A stretch of 64,000 bases of DNA from Candidatus Woesearchaeota archaeon (GTDB lineage Archaea; Nanobdellota; Nanobdellia; Pacearchaeales; GW2011-AR1): NCBI GenBank assembly GCA_964410025.1, contig CAYPFA010000003.1, forward strand, positions 85,259 through 149,258, written 5' to 3'. Shown one piece after another: positions 1-8,724 of this stretch. A model generated the notes under the pieces. It saw only the letters and a program-made list of their open reading frames with translations. It was not told the origin of the DNA and ran no database searches. Made by a program: the position numbers and the translations under genes. How positions within the stretch are numbered: the stretch's first letter is position 1; each line of letters opens with the position of its first letter.

Positions 1-106
1 CTTCGCCATTTTGCGAATAATTCATCAAAGTGCTGTTGTGTTTTGTCTATTGTCATTTTATTTCTAGAATTCTTAGGCGACTCTTAACCATCACCTTTTC
101 TTTTTA

Positions 107-237
107 TTGCCCACGAGGAATTGACTTCCCCCAGGAACGATCCCTTGCGGAAACCCCGAGCGATTCACTTTTCAAGATGAACAACTCAAACTAGTGAAAT
201 GTAAATCACGAGTATTGGGGTGAAATTCCTAGCCCTA
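107..237 (-). other. non-coding GC-enriched segment with a degenerate tRNA-like 3' fragment
   Basis: No ORF. Minus strand 135-109 reads CCTGGGGGAAGTCAATTCCTCGTGGGC, close to the T-arm/acceptor of the adjacent tRNA-Trp. No matching 5' acceptor strand found. Confidence 0.3.
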
Positions 238-309
238 TGGGCCCAGGAGGAATTGAACCCCCATCGCTAGCTTTGGAGGCTGGCAGATTAACCTTTATCC
301 TATGGACCC
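238..309 (-). tRNA. tRNA-Trp (anticodon CCA)
   Basis: 72-nt cloverleaf read by eye: acceptor GGGTCCA/TGGGCCC, D stem GGAT/ATCT, anticodon loop CTCCAAA, T arm GGGGG-TTCAATT-CCTCC, discriminator A. One C-A mismatch in the anticodon stem. Confidence 0.85.
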
Positions 310-348
310 TTAATTCTTTAAGATTTTCATCTCTTTTAAATATTTGTA

Positions 349-386
349 GAACCCCCCATCGCTAGATTTGAATGCAGTAGTTAACT
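349..386 (-). pseudogene. partial decayed copy of tRNA-Trp (D-loop/anticodon arm to 5' T-stem)
   Basis: Plus 349-386 gaaccccccatcgctagatttgaatgcagtagttaac aligns with tRNA-Trp 255-293 gaacccccatcgctagctttggaggctggcagattaac. No acceptor or complete T arm. Confidence 0.4.
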
Positions 387-440
387 TGTTTCTTACCAAA
401 TCACAACAATCTTTATATACTTTAAAAAATTCAAAAAAAC

Positions 441-719
441 ATGAGTGGATTAGTTCAAAAATTAAAACCCATCGATGGTGAAAAAGTAAGTATGAATGAA
501 GTATTAACTCGTTTTGCACCCGCTGTTCAAGAATTCTACGATTCTTGGGGAAAGCCAAAACTAGAAACAGATGAAGAAAAAATAATTGCACTTAAACTTG
601 AAACAGGAGTAATCCATTTTCATGCATATGGTCCAATAGGCACACCTGAAGAAGAAGCAAGAGTTGAAAGAGTATGTTTAGAATATCACTATCTTATCGA
701 TAAGGGTTACGTTCTTTAA
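441..719 (+). CDS. hypothetical protein
   Basis: 92-aa ORF with ATG start. No recognisable motif. The overlapping antisense ORF 310-591 is less plausible. Confidence 0.45.
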   Translation: MSGLVQKLKPIDGEKVSMNEVLTRFAPAVQEFYDSWGKPKLETDEEKIIALKLETGVIHFHAYGPIGTPEEEARVERVCLEYHYLIDKGYVL

Positions 720-730
720 ATTAATATATT

Positions 731-1438
731 TTAATATTGGCTTCGTGCCATAAGATTTTTAGGGTCTATTTCAAAAGAAACTAATTTTGGAAAGTCTAAA
801 TGCCTCGCATTATCTTTTTTAATAGTTAAAATATTTGCATGTCTGTCATGCTTGCCTTGTTTTATTATTTGTCTAGCTCCACTAATTAACTGGCCATTAT
901 TATGAAAAGAACAGAGTATATCATTAAAAGAAGGAGAGATATATTTATTTTCCAATCTGGATTCATTGCCATCATAGCTAGGTTTCAAATAATTTCCCAA
1001 ATCAATAATTCCAATTCCCCCAACTTTCAAAACCCGATGAGCTTCAGTCACCGCTTTTAACTTGTCCGGAATATAATTAAAAACGTGATATGAAAAAACG
1101 GAATCAAAAGAATTATCTTCAAACGGCAAGTTCTCAGCATTTCCTCTCGAAAAAGGTATTTTATTCACACCCTCCCTGCCAAGATGACGAGAATCATATC
1201 TATCTAATCCAAATGAACTAGTGTCATATCTTTCTTGCATATCCGCTAAAAAATTTCCAGAACCACAACCAACTTCAAGCAAGCTTTTCCCGCCAAAAGT
1301 TTTTTGCAAATCAATTCCTCTTAAAAAAGACTTAATTTCTTCGTCGTCTAATCCTCTACTTCTAGCCTGCGCAGGTAATCTTGCAATCAACTCGTCATAG
1401 TGGGTTTTTATTTCCATAAAAAAATTAATAAACTTCAC
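731..1438 (-). CDS. class I SAM-dependent methyltransferase
   Basis: Motif I LLEVGCGSGNF followed by FDSVFSYHVFNYI, typical of the Methyltransf_11 fold. Confidence 0.85.
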   Translation of the reverse strand: MKFINFFMEIKTHYDELIARLPAQARSRGLDDEEIKSFLRGIDLQKTFGGKSLLEVGCGSGNFLADMQERYDTSSFGLDRYDSRHLGREGVNKIPFSRGNAENLPFEDNSFDSVFSYHVFNYIPDKLKAVTEAHRVLKVGGIGIIDLGNYLKPSYDGNESRLENKYISPSFNDILCSFHNNGQLISGARQIIKQGKHDRHANILTIKKDNARHLDFPKLVSFEIDPKNLMARSQY

Positions 1439-1476
1439 TTTAAAAATCTTACTATTGTTACTACTTTATAGAAACA

Positions 1477-3066
1477 TCACTCGTAATCGCCCATCTGTCC
1501 CATATTTGCATTCTTTTGCTTTGGTCTTCCTGCAGCAATCACATCATCAATTCTCAAAATCATTATTGCAACCTCGCTCGCAGAGGAAATTGCCTGAGTC
1601 TTAACTCTAAGCGGTTCAATAATTCCACGGCTTAAAGTGTCTTCAATTTTTCCATTAAATAAATTCAATCCATGATTTTTATTTCCAGCTTCATGAGTAA
1701 CTTTCAAATCTGTTAAAATATCCAACGGATCAAGTCCAGCATTTTCAGCCAAAGTCGTCGGTATAAATTCAAGTGCTGATGCAAATTGTTCAACTGCAAA
1801 CTGTTCTCTTCCTCGAAGTGTTTGTGAAAACTCTCTAAGTTTTCTAGCAAGTTCAATCTCAACCGCGCCACCGCCAGCAACAACTTTTTGATCTTTTACA
1901 ACCGCAGCCAAATCTCCAAGCCCGTCTCTAATTGCTCTTTCAACCTCGTCTATAACATGCTCAGTTCCGCCTCTAACAAAAATTGTAATTGCCTTTGGAT
2001 TTTTGCAACCAGTAACATAAGTCATTCCCTCATCGCCCTCTCTAATTTCTTCAACGCATTCTGCGAATCCTAATTCTTTTTCACTCAATTCCTTAAGATT
2101 AGAAATAATTTTTCCGCCAGTTGCTTTTGAAAGTTTTTGCAAATCAGTTCGTGCAACTCTTCTGACGGCATAAATTCCTTTTTTCGCCAAATAAAATTGT
2201 GCAACATCATCAATTCCTTTTTGGCAAACCACAACATTTGCGCCAGATGAAATTACCTTTTCAACCATCGATTGCAAAATTTGTTCCTCTTGATTCAAAA
2301 AACTCTGAAGCTGTTCTGGGGATGAAATCGAAATTCTCGTTTCTCTTTCTGGAGTTTTTATTTCCAAAGCACAATCGATTAAAGCAATTTTAGCATTATT
2401 AATTCTCGTCGGCATTTCCATAGAAACTTTTTCTTTGTCTAAAATAATTCCCTGAATAAGTCTAGTATCTTCAATTGATTTTCCTTTTCTTTTTTCAATT
2501 CTAATATCTTCAAGATTAACTTTTCCATTGTCGGCAACAATTTTTACCGCCTGAACCATTAACTCAGAAAGTTTTTCTTTTGCATGTTCCGCGCCTTTTC
2601 CAGTAATAGCTGTTTGTGCAATTTTAATAAGTTCATCTTCCGTTGTAATTTCAACACAAAGAGTCTTTAAAATTTCCTGCGCTTTTTCTTCCGCAAATCT
2701 ATATCCTCGAGTAATAATTGTTGGATGAATTTTTTGATCCAAAAGTTTTTCAGCATTTTCCAATAATTTTCCAGCCAACATTACAGCGGTCGTTGTTCCG
2801 TCGCCAACTTCAGCTTCCTGAGTTTTTGCAATTTCCACAAGCATTTTTGCAGCGGGATGTTCGATTTCCATTTCAGAAAGAATAGTAACTCCGTCATTTG
2901 TAACGGTGATATTGCCTGCATTGTCTACAAGCATCTTATCCATTCCTTTCGGTCCAAGCGTTGTCTTAATAGTTTCAGCCAAAACTCGTGCAGCAAGAAT
3001 ATTATTTCTTTGGGCATCTCTTCCCATCGTTCTCTCTGTGTTTTCCGGTGAAATTCTATCTGCCAT
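1477..3066 (-). CDS. ths: thermosome subunit (group II chaperonin)
   Basis: [15 protein letters not shown] and VAGGGA motifs; ~530 aa. The ORF extends to 3108, but ATG at 3066 ([14 protein letters not shown]) gives the usual N-terminus and less overlap upstream. Confidence 0.95.
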   Translation of the reverse strand: MADRISPENTERTMGRDAQRNNILAARVLAETIKTTLGPKGMDKMLVDNAGNITVTNDGVTILSEMEIEHPAAKMLVEIAKTQEAEVGDGTTTAVMLAGKLLENAEKLLDQKIHPTIITRGYRFAEEKAQEILKTLCVEITTEDELIKIAQTAITGKGAEHAKEKLSELMVQAVKIVADNGKVNLEDIRIEKRKGKSIEDTRLIQGIILDKEKVSMEMPTRINNAKIALIDCALEIKTPERETRISISSPEQLQSFLNQEEQILQSMVEKVISSGANVVVCQKGIDDVAQFYLAKKGIYAVRRVARTDLQKLSKATGGKIISNLKELSEKELGFAECVEEIREGDEGMTYVTGCKNPKAITIFVRGGTEHVIDEVERAIRDGLGDLAAVVKDQKVVAGGGAVEIELARKLREFSQTLRGREQFAVEQFASALEFIPTTLAENAGLDPLDILTDLKVTHEAGNKNHGLNLFNGKIEDTLSRGIIEPLRVKTQAISSASEVAIMILRIDDVIAAGRPKQKNANMGQMGDYE

Positions 3067-3319
3067 CTTTTCTTCCAGTCGGCCAGACAATCGCATCAGC
3101 CTCGTCAAGTTTATTTTTTAAGGTATTATCATGAGGATATTTCGCAGAAATTTCAATCATTTTATCATAAGCTTCTCTTCTTTCCGGCATCAATATGGGT
3201 CTGCCTATTTTAATCAAACCTCGAGTTACATCAAAATAAGTATAGAATTTATTATAGTCTGTGGCTGCTTCCTTCCTGGTGTTTTCTTCAGTAGTTCGGG
3301 CATATTCTTTTTTTGTCAT
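3056..3319 (-). CDS. hypothetical protein
   Basis: ORF 3056-3334. First ATG at 3319 (MTKKEYART..), just downstream of the duplicated promoter/leader. Confidence 0.45.
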   Translation of the reverse strand: MTKKEYARTTEENTRKEAATDYNKFYTYFDVTRGLIKIGRPILMPERREAYDKMIEISAKYPHDNTLKNKLDEADAIVWPTGRKDGR

Positions 3320-3331
3320 AAGCTTTTTATT

Positions 3332-3366
3332 CAACTTCTCTTTATAAAAATTATTGTGGTGAAGTT
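3332..3366 (-). promoter_or_regulatory. 35-bp promoter/leader repeat, copy 1, with TATA-like TTTTTATAAA
   Basis: caacttctctttataaaaattattgtggtgaagtt is identical to 3769-3803. It sits immediately upstream of the minus-strand ORF start. Confidence 0.4.
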
Positions 3367-3410
3367 TTGTTTAGAATAGATTATTTCATTTCAAGACCAA
3401 CTGCTATGAC

Positions 3411-3756
3411 TTATTGTAGCTTCTCAACTACAGTTAGACTCTCAGAAATTTTCCAATGTAATTTCTCTGGCTTTCCATATTTTATATAATCACGGAAATC
3501 AATTTGTTTTTCGAATTGTCCAGCATTATCAGAATAACAAGCTGACGTGATATAGCAGGTTGGAAAGGTTTCTTGAGTTGCAATAAATGAGACCCCATAA
3601 AAGACTCCAGAATCTTCTATGTTTTTTGATATAAAACCCAATCTCATGTCCTAAATGACAGGGCCTATGTTCTTCGCATTCACGACCAAAAAAACGACGG
3701 AGTGTTAAAACCATATCTTGTTCTACTTTAAGTACGTTTTCTAAATCTTTTTCCAT
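3411..3756 (-). pseudogene. possible frameshifted ORF (two overlapping frames)
   Basis: ORFs 3529-3771 and 3411-3647 overlap in different frames on the same strand. One frameshift near 3640 would join MEKDLENV.. to ..ISKNIEDSGVFYG.. as a ~115-aa product. Confidence 0.3.
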
Positions 3757-3768
3757 AAAAAACAACCC

Positions 3769-3803
3769 CAACTTCTCTTTATAAAAATTATTGTGGTGAA
3801 GTT
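3769..3803 (-). promoter_or_regulatory. 35-bp promoter/leader repeat, copy 2
   Basis: Identical to 3332-3366. Lies 13 nt upstream of ATG at 3756. Confidence 0.4.
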
Positions 3804-3852
3804 CAATTAAATCAAAAACATTTATATATAGCCGTTTTATTATATTTAAAAG

Positions 3853-4350
3853 ATGGCAGAAATAGAATCAATATTTAAGGAAACAATAAAGCATAAAAGT
3901 TTTTTCAATTATACAGAACTGTATACTTTTTGTTATAATTGGTTCAAGAATGAGGACTATCTACTTTCGGAGGAAGAATATCTAGAAAAATTTACTGGAG
4001 TAAAAGAAGTTCAAATAAAGTGGAAAGCAAGGAAAAAAATCTCTGATTATTATCGTTATATTTTCGACGTTAAGTGGCATATATTAGTAATGACAGATGA
4101 AGTAGTTGAAGAAAACGGTAAAAAAATAAAAACAAATAAAGGAGATTTGAAAATAGTATTTGAAGCAAGTCTTGAAAAAGATTGGGAAAATAGTTGGGAT
4201 AAGCATCCATTCTGGAAATTTATGCGAGGAGTGTATGACAGATATATTATAAGAACAACAACTGACAAATATGAAACAGAGCTTATAGACAAGGCGCAAA
4301 CCCTCGTTGAAGAAGTTAAAGCATTTCTTAATCAAGAAGGTAAGAGATAA
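3853..4350 (+). CDS. hypothetical protein
   Basis: 165-aa ORF with ATG start. No recognised domain. Confidence 0.5.
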   Translation: MAEIESIFKETIKHKSFFNYTELYTFCYNWFKNEDYLLSEEEYLEKFTGVKEVQIKWKARKKISDYYRYIFDVKWHILVMTDEVVEENGKKIKTNKGDLKIVFEASLEKDWENSWDKHPFWKFMRGVYDRYIIRTTTDKYETELIDKAQTLVEEVKAFLNQEGKR

Positions 4351-4387
4351 TAAAAAGATTTATAAAAGGAGTTATGTAAAAAATATT

Positions 4388-5761
4388 ATGAAAAAGAGCA
4401 TTTTATTATTACTGGTATTGTTCATTGCAAGTTTTGCATATGCACTTGAAGTAAAACAGGATTCTTTAGATGTTGCAATTATTCCAGAATTTAATCAACC
4501 AGCAAGAATAGGTCTTTCTATAACTGGTGCTCAACCTGGAAACTATAATATATACACTTTAACTGCAGTTAAAATTTTACCTTCCGATTCTTTTTATCTT
4601 AATAGCGGAACAAATCAAATGACCGTTGATGTTTATCCGACTTCTGAATTAGTTGCTTACGGTCCAACAGCTTATGCATTTTCTTTTAATTTAAGAGGAA
4701 CAGATACTGCAACAACAGACGAAGGAAGAATGACCGTTCGTGTCGTCGGTTTAAGTGATGCATTTTCACTTTCTTCAGATTATAATAATCCAGACTCGGA
4801 CAAGGTTTCTTTTTATATAAAAAATAGAGAAACAATAGATCTTTCAAAAATTCACGCAAAATTCACTTCCATTTTCTTTGACGTAGAACAAACATTTGAT
4901 ATTAAAGCAAATGAAAAAAAAGAATTTAGCATTTCGGTAGACAAAGAAAAACTTAAAAAAATTGAAGCAGGTTCTTATTTATTAAAAGCAGAAATACAAA
5001 CCGATAGAGGAGTTAAAACTCTTGAAGGAAGAATTCTTCTTGGCGAAAAAAAGGGAGTTGTAACAAAACAAGAATCAAGAGGATTTTTTATAACAACAAA
5101 TGATTTAACAAAAACAAACAACGGCAACGTTGTTGAACAAGTTTCTATTACGGTTACAAAAAATATTTTTAACAGATTATTTACTTCTTTTAGTATTCAA
5201 CCAGAGACGGTAAATAGAGATGGGTTTAGAGTTACCTACGTTTGGAATCAAAAACTAATGCCAGCAGATTCTTTTAAAATAACAACAAGAACAAATTACC
5301 TATTCCCTCTTTTAATTATTCTTGCTATCGCTTTGCTTGTAATAGGATTTAAGAGATATACAGAAACAAAATTAGAAATTGAAAAATCCGTTGTTCCAGT
5401 AAAAACAAAGAATGGACAATTTGCATTAAAAATAAAATTACACTTAAGAGCAAAGAAATCTGCAAAGAATGTTTCCGTAGTTGATAGAATACCAGGAATA
5501 GTTCAAATATATGAAAAGTTTGGTTCAAATATTAAACCATCAAGAATAGACGTTAAAAACAGAAGAATCCAATGGGACTTTGGCGATTTATCTGCTGGCG
5601 AAGAAAGAATTTTTAGCTACATGGTTTATTCAACCGTTGGCGTTGTTGGAAAGTTTTCCCTACCGCAAACACTTGCAGTATTCGAGAAAGATGGACAAAT
5701 ACATGAAGTAGAATCAAACGAAGTTTACTTCTTAGCCGAGCAAAGAGCTCCTGAGCTTTAA
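4388..5761 (+). CDS. secreted, C-terminally membrane-anchored surface protein
   Basis: ATG at 4388 gives signal peptide MKKSILLLLVLFIASFAYA. One TM segment (LFPLLIILAIALLVIGF) lies near residue 310. ORF track starts at 4307. Confidence 0.6.
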   Translation: MKKSILLLLVLFIASFAYALEVKQDSLDVAIIPEFNQPARIGLSITGAQPGNYNIYTLTAVKILPSDSFYLNSGTNQMTVDVYPTSELVAYGPTAYAFSFNLRGTDTATTDEGRMTVRVVGLSDAFSLSSDYNNPDSDKVSFYIKNRETIDLSKIHAKFTSIFFDVEQTFDIKANEKKEFSISVDKEKLKKIEAGSYLLKAEIQTDRGVKTLEGRILLGEKKGVVTKQESRGFFITTNDLTKTNNGNVVEQVSITVTKNIFNRLFTSFSIQPETVNRDGFRVTYVWNQKLMPADSFKITTRTNYLFPLLIILAIALLVIGFKRYTETKLEIEKSVVPVKTKNGQFALKIKLHLRAKKSAKNVSVVDRIPGIVQIYEKFGSNIKPSRIDVKNRRIQWDFGDLSAGEERIFSYMVYSTVGVVGKFSLPQTLAVFEKDGQIHEVESNEVYFLAEQRAPEL

Positions 5762-5859
5762 AATTCTTAAATTTCTTACAGAATTCACAATCGAAATCAT
5801 TAAAAAGCCCCTAATCCTCTGAATAGTAGTATATTTATATTTGAAAGGAGGTATTATTT

Positions 5860-6060
5860 ATGGCAAAAGAAAAGAGTGTTGTTGATTGGATTGCGCTTGT
5901 ATTGGTAATTGTTGGTGCTCTTAATTGGGGACTAATAGCTATTAACGCAAATTGGAATCTAGTAAGTTTGTTATTTGGTAACTGGGCATTGATTGAAAGA
6001 ATAGTTTATGCTTTAGTGGGATTATCCGGTCTTTGGGCAATCAAAATAGCTGCTGAATAA
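5860..6060 (+). CDS. DUF378-family small membrane protein
   Basis: 66 aa with two TM helices. The VGALNWGLI..LVGLSGL pattern is typical of DUF378. GGAGG sits upstream. Confidence 0.7.
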   Translation: MAKEKSVVDWIALVLVIVGALNWGLIAINANWNLVSLLFGNWALIERIVYALVGLSGLWAIKIAAE

Positions 6061-6167
6061 GTACAAAAATTTAATTTAATTTTTTTTATTTTATACGCCG
6101 CGAATTATTTTTTAATATATTGAATATACGAAAGAGTTAAAAACTTAGTTGCTCAAATATTATTTTG

Positions 6168-7088
6168 ATGGACCTTAATCATTTCATAGAAGCGCAGCAG
6201 CTCACGCCAGATTTACTATTCTCATTATTTCAAGAGGCAGATGATATCCGATGTGATAGAAAAAAATACTCTTCTAGCCTTCAGGGAAAGATTCTAGCAA
6301 CACTTTTCTACGAACCCAGCACAAGAACTCGACTAAGCTTCGAATCAGCCATATTGCGTCTTGGTGGCAATCTGATAAGTACAGAAAATGCAAAAGAATT
6401 CTCATCCGCAATTAAAGGCGAAAGCATAGAAGATACAGTTAGAGTGGTTGGAAGCTATGCAGATTTTGTCGTAATTAGACATTATGAGGAAGGTACTTCA
6501 AAAAAAGCTAGCGAAGTTTCTAGGGCACACATTATAAATGCGGGAGATGGCAAGGGTCAACATCCGACACAAGCATTACTAGATCTATACACAATCTATC
6601 GTGAAACCGAAAAAATAGAAGGACTTAAAATTGCCATGGTGGGTGATTTAGCATCGGGAAGAACAGCTAGAAGTTTGTGCTATCTTCTTGGAAAATTTAA
6701 AAATAATGAACTTACATTTGTTTCGCCAGAAAATTTGAGAATGCAGAATGATATTAAGGAATATCTTGCAAGACATAATGTTCGCTTTAGAGAAGATGAT
6801 AATCTCAATAACGTTTTACAAAATTCCGATATAATTTACATGACTCGAATTCAGAAGGAAAGAATTTCTCCAGAAGCTTATGAAAAAGCAAAGGGAAGAT
6901 TTGTAATTAACGAAGAAAATCTGCAACTAGTAATGCCCAACGCAAGAATTCTTCATCCGCTTCCGCACGTAGAAGAAATTTCACTTCCTCTTTCCGTAGA
7001 ACAAAACGACAAAAGAGTGGCTTATTTTCGTCAATCAGAAAACGGACTTTATATTAGAATGGCTTTACTTAAACACATGAGTTCGTAA
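6168..7088 (+). CDS. pyrB: aspartate carbamoyltransferase catalytic subunit
   Basis: STRTR, HPTQ and HPLP motifs; ~306 aa. ATG at 6168 follows the TTG at 6165. Confidence 0.9.
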   Translation: MDLNHFIEAQQLTPDLLFSLFQEADDIRCDRKKYSSSLQGKILATLFYEPSTRTRLSFESAILRLGGNLISTENAKEFSSAIKGESIEDTVRVVGSYADFVVIRHYEEGTSKKASEVSRAHIINAGDGKGQHPTQALLDLYTIYRETEKIEGLKIAMVGDLASGRTARSLCYLLGKFKNNELTFVSPENLRMQNDIKEYLARHNVRFREDDNLNNVLQNSDIIYMTRIQKERISPEAYEKAKGRFVINEENLQLVMPNARILHPLPHVEEISLPLSVEQNDKRVAYFRQSENGLYIRMALLKHMSS

Positions 7089-7119
7089 GCTTTTTAAGCA
7101 CACTTTCCTTCCTATAGTT

Positions 7120-7407
7120 ATGAATAAGTCTTTGAAAAACTCACAAAATCAAGATAAAAAACTTTGGTTTAAAGCTAAATATTATGGCTGGGGATGGTAT
7201 CCTTGCTGCTGGCGTGGAGGTTTGGTTTTACTTTTATTTATTCTTTTGTTTATACCAATACTTAAATTCCTAATTAATGCAACAACAACTCTAGAGATCG
7301 TAAGTGGTATTATGGCTGAATTAATTTTATTATTAATACTACTTATTGTTTGTTATAAAAAAGGCGAAAAACCCGGATGGCGATGGGGTTGTTCTAAGAA
7401 TCAATAA
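7120..7407 (+). CDS. hypothetical membrane protein
   Basis: 95-aa ORF with two hydrophobic segments. Confidence 0.5.
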   Translation: MNKSLKNSQNQDKKLWFKAKYYGWGWYPCCWRGGLVLLLFILLFIPILKFLINATTTLEIVSGIMAELILLLILLIVCYKKGEKPGWRWGCSKNQ

Positions 7408-7453
7408 TTATCTCTTTCAAAACGCTTTTAAACACGCAATTTCTTGATTGAAC

Positions 7454-7609
7454 ATGATAAAAAAACGAACTTGTCCTGATTGTAAAAAAGAATTTGATTT
7501 CGATACACTAGCTCATTTTAAAAAAAGATATTGCCCAGCATGTTCAAAAGAAAGAAAGAAAGCATACGAAAGCATTCATGAAATTTCTATCGAAGATTGT
7601 GACGACTAA
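7454..7609 (+). CDS. small zinc-ribbon protein (51 aa)
   Basis: Read by eye, below the ORF-track cutoff: MIKKRTCPDCKKEF..YCPACSKERKK.. carries two CxxC pairs. Confidence 0.35.
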   Translation: MIKKRTCPDCKKEFDFDTLAHFKKRYCPACSKERKKAYESIHEISIEDCDD

Positions 7610-7688
7610 TTTTTAATTTTTTTTATTTCAAGAATTATTTTTTCGAGCATTCATGCATTAATTGAAACACTAAATCTACCCATCTAAA

Positions 7689-7832
7689 TTAATATCTTCT
7701 CTGGCTATTCGAGCTGGAGCTAGAAGGTTGGCTTTCGCCCTGTGTCTGTTGTTTCATCTCTGCTTTCATTCTTTTGAATTCTGCTAATCTTCGGTCGTAA
7801 TCCGGATCAACAAAATCTGATGCTCTTACCAT
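7689..7832 (-). CDS. hypothetical small protein
   Basis: ORF 7689-7880. First ATG at 7832 (MVRASDFVDPDY..). Ser-rich tail. Confidence 0.3.
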   Translation of the reverse strand: MVRASDFVDPDYDRRLAEFKRMKAEMKQQTQGESQPSSSSSNSQRRY

Positions 7833-7937
7833 AAAATAATTTGTAATGTCCTGCTTAAAAAGGTTTCTAAGAAATCGCAACTACTTATTAGTTATTATAA
7901 TTTATTTTAGCTAATGACTTTTTAAAATTATAAAGAA

Positions 7938-8411
7938 TTACTTTTCTGCTTCTTCTTCGTTCTCTTCTTCCTCTTCGCCTTCTTCAACCATCTCAAGAGA
8001 ATTTAAGATTTCTAAAATTTGATCTAATTTTTTATTCATTTGTTGAAATTGTTCTACTGAAATAGCTGGAGCTGATGAAGCACTAGTTGCTTCTGGCCCT
8101 CTATAATTATCTCTTCCGCCACCTGCACCTGCGCCAAAACATTCACTGCAATAAACTGGTTTATCACCTGTTGGTTTAAAAGGAACTTGACAATTTTTTC
8201 CACACTTAGCACAAACTGCATCACATTTAGGCATATCTCTTCGATCTCTTCCACCGCCGAATCCGCCTCTGCTTCCGCCGAAACTTCTTCCGCCACCGCT
8301 AGTAAATTTTCTACCTCGTCCGCCAAAATTACTTTCAGAATCTCTTCCGCCAAATCTAGGCCGGCTATCTCTATCTCCTCTGTCTCGTTCAAATGATCTA
8401 AAGTCTCCCAT
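7938..8411 (-). CDS. RGG-rich protein with CxxC-x17-CxxC zinc-ribbon and acidic tail (putative nucleic-acid binding)
   Basis: N-terminal RGG/GGR repeats, CAKCGKNCQVPFKPTGDKPVYCSEC (CxxC, 17 residues, CxxC), and a C-terminal EEEEENEEE tail. Confidence 0.7.
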   Translation of the reverse strand: MGDFRSFERDRGDRDSRPRFGGRDSESNFGGRGRKFTSGGGRSFGGSRGGFGGGRDRRDMPKCDAVCAKCGKNCQVPFKPTGDKPVYCSECFGAGAGGGRDNYRGPEATSASSAPAISVEQFQQMNKKLDQILEILNSLEMVEEGEEEEENEEEAEK

Positions 8412-8494
8412 AAAAATATAGAGAAATGAGGCATTATAAAGCTATCTTATTGTAAAAAATGAGAAATTTAAATTCCTAAAGAATAAAAATCTTA

Positions 8495-8646
8495 TCCCCT
8501 CACCAGGAGTTGAACCGGGGTTTCGCGGGTCCTGCCGACATCATATTCTAACGAATACAATCTAATCACATTTCATCCTTTGCCGTTGGGCAATGTCCAT
8601 GCTAGTAAACTACAGCCACGCGCACTAACCGTTGTGCTATGAGGGG
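8495..8646 (-). tRNA. tRNA-Tyr (anticodon GUA) with 80-nt intron at 37/38
   Basis: Exon 1 is 8646-8610: CCCCTCA TA GCAC AACGGTTA GTGC G CGTGG CTGTAG. The intron is 8609-8530. Exon 2 is 8529-8495: C CCGCG AAAC CCCGG TTCAACT CCTGG TGAGGGG A. C1-G72 is typical of archaeal tRNA-Tyr. One C-U mismatch in the T stem. Confidence 0.85.
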
Positions 8647-8724
8647 ATAAATTAAGTGGGGAAAATTGGTTTTTAAATACTTCGAATTGCACAAATTTAT
8701 AAAACAAAATATACTCCCTATTTC

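Noticed and set aside
1-56. Possible start of a minus-strand gene (ATG at 56-54, MTIDKTQQHFDELFAKW..) running off the window
   Set aside because: Only 18 codons are visible, too short to support a call.
109-241. Possible divergent 5S rRNA on the plus strand: terminal pairing GCCCA/TGGGC, and GAGTATTGGGGTG resembling the GAGTACTGGAGTG region of archaeal 5S
   Set aside because: I could not fit the remaining 5S helices or the CCGAAC..GGAAGTTAAGC region. The segment overlaps the 3' end of tRNA-Trp. Its 5' part is better explained as a tRNA-Trp-like T-arm fragment on the minus strand. A covariance-model scan would settle it.
8054-8434. 126-aa ORF in an alternative frame overlapping the RGG/zinc-ribbon gene
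   Set aside because: It is on the same strand as 7938-8411, which has a recognisable CxxC-x17-CxxC module. The alternative frame is acidic low-complexity generated by the repeats.
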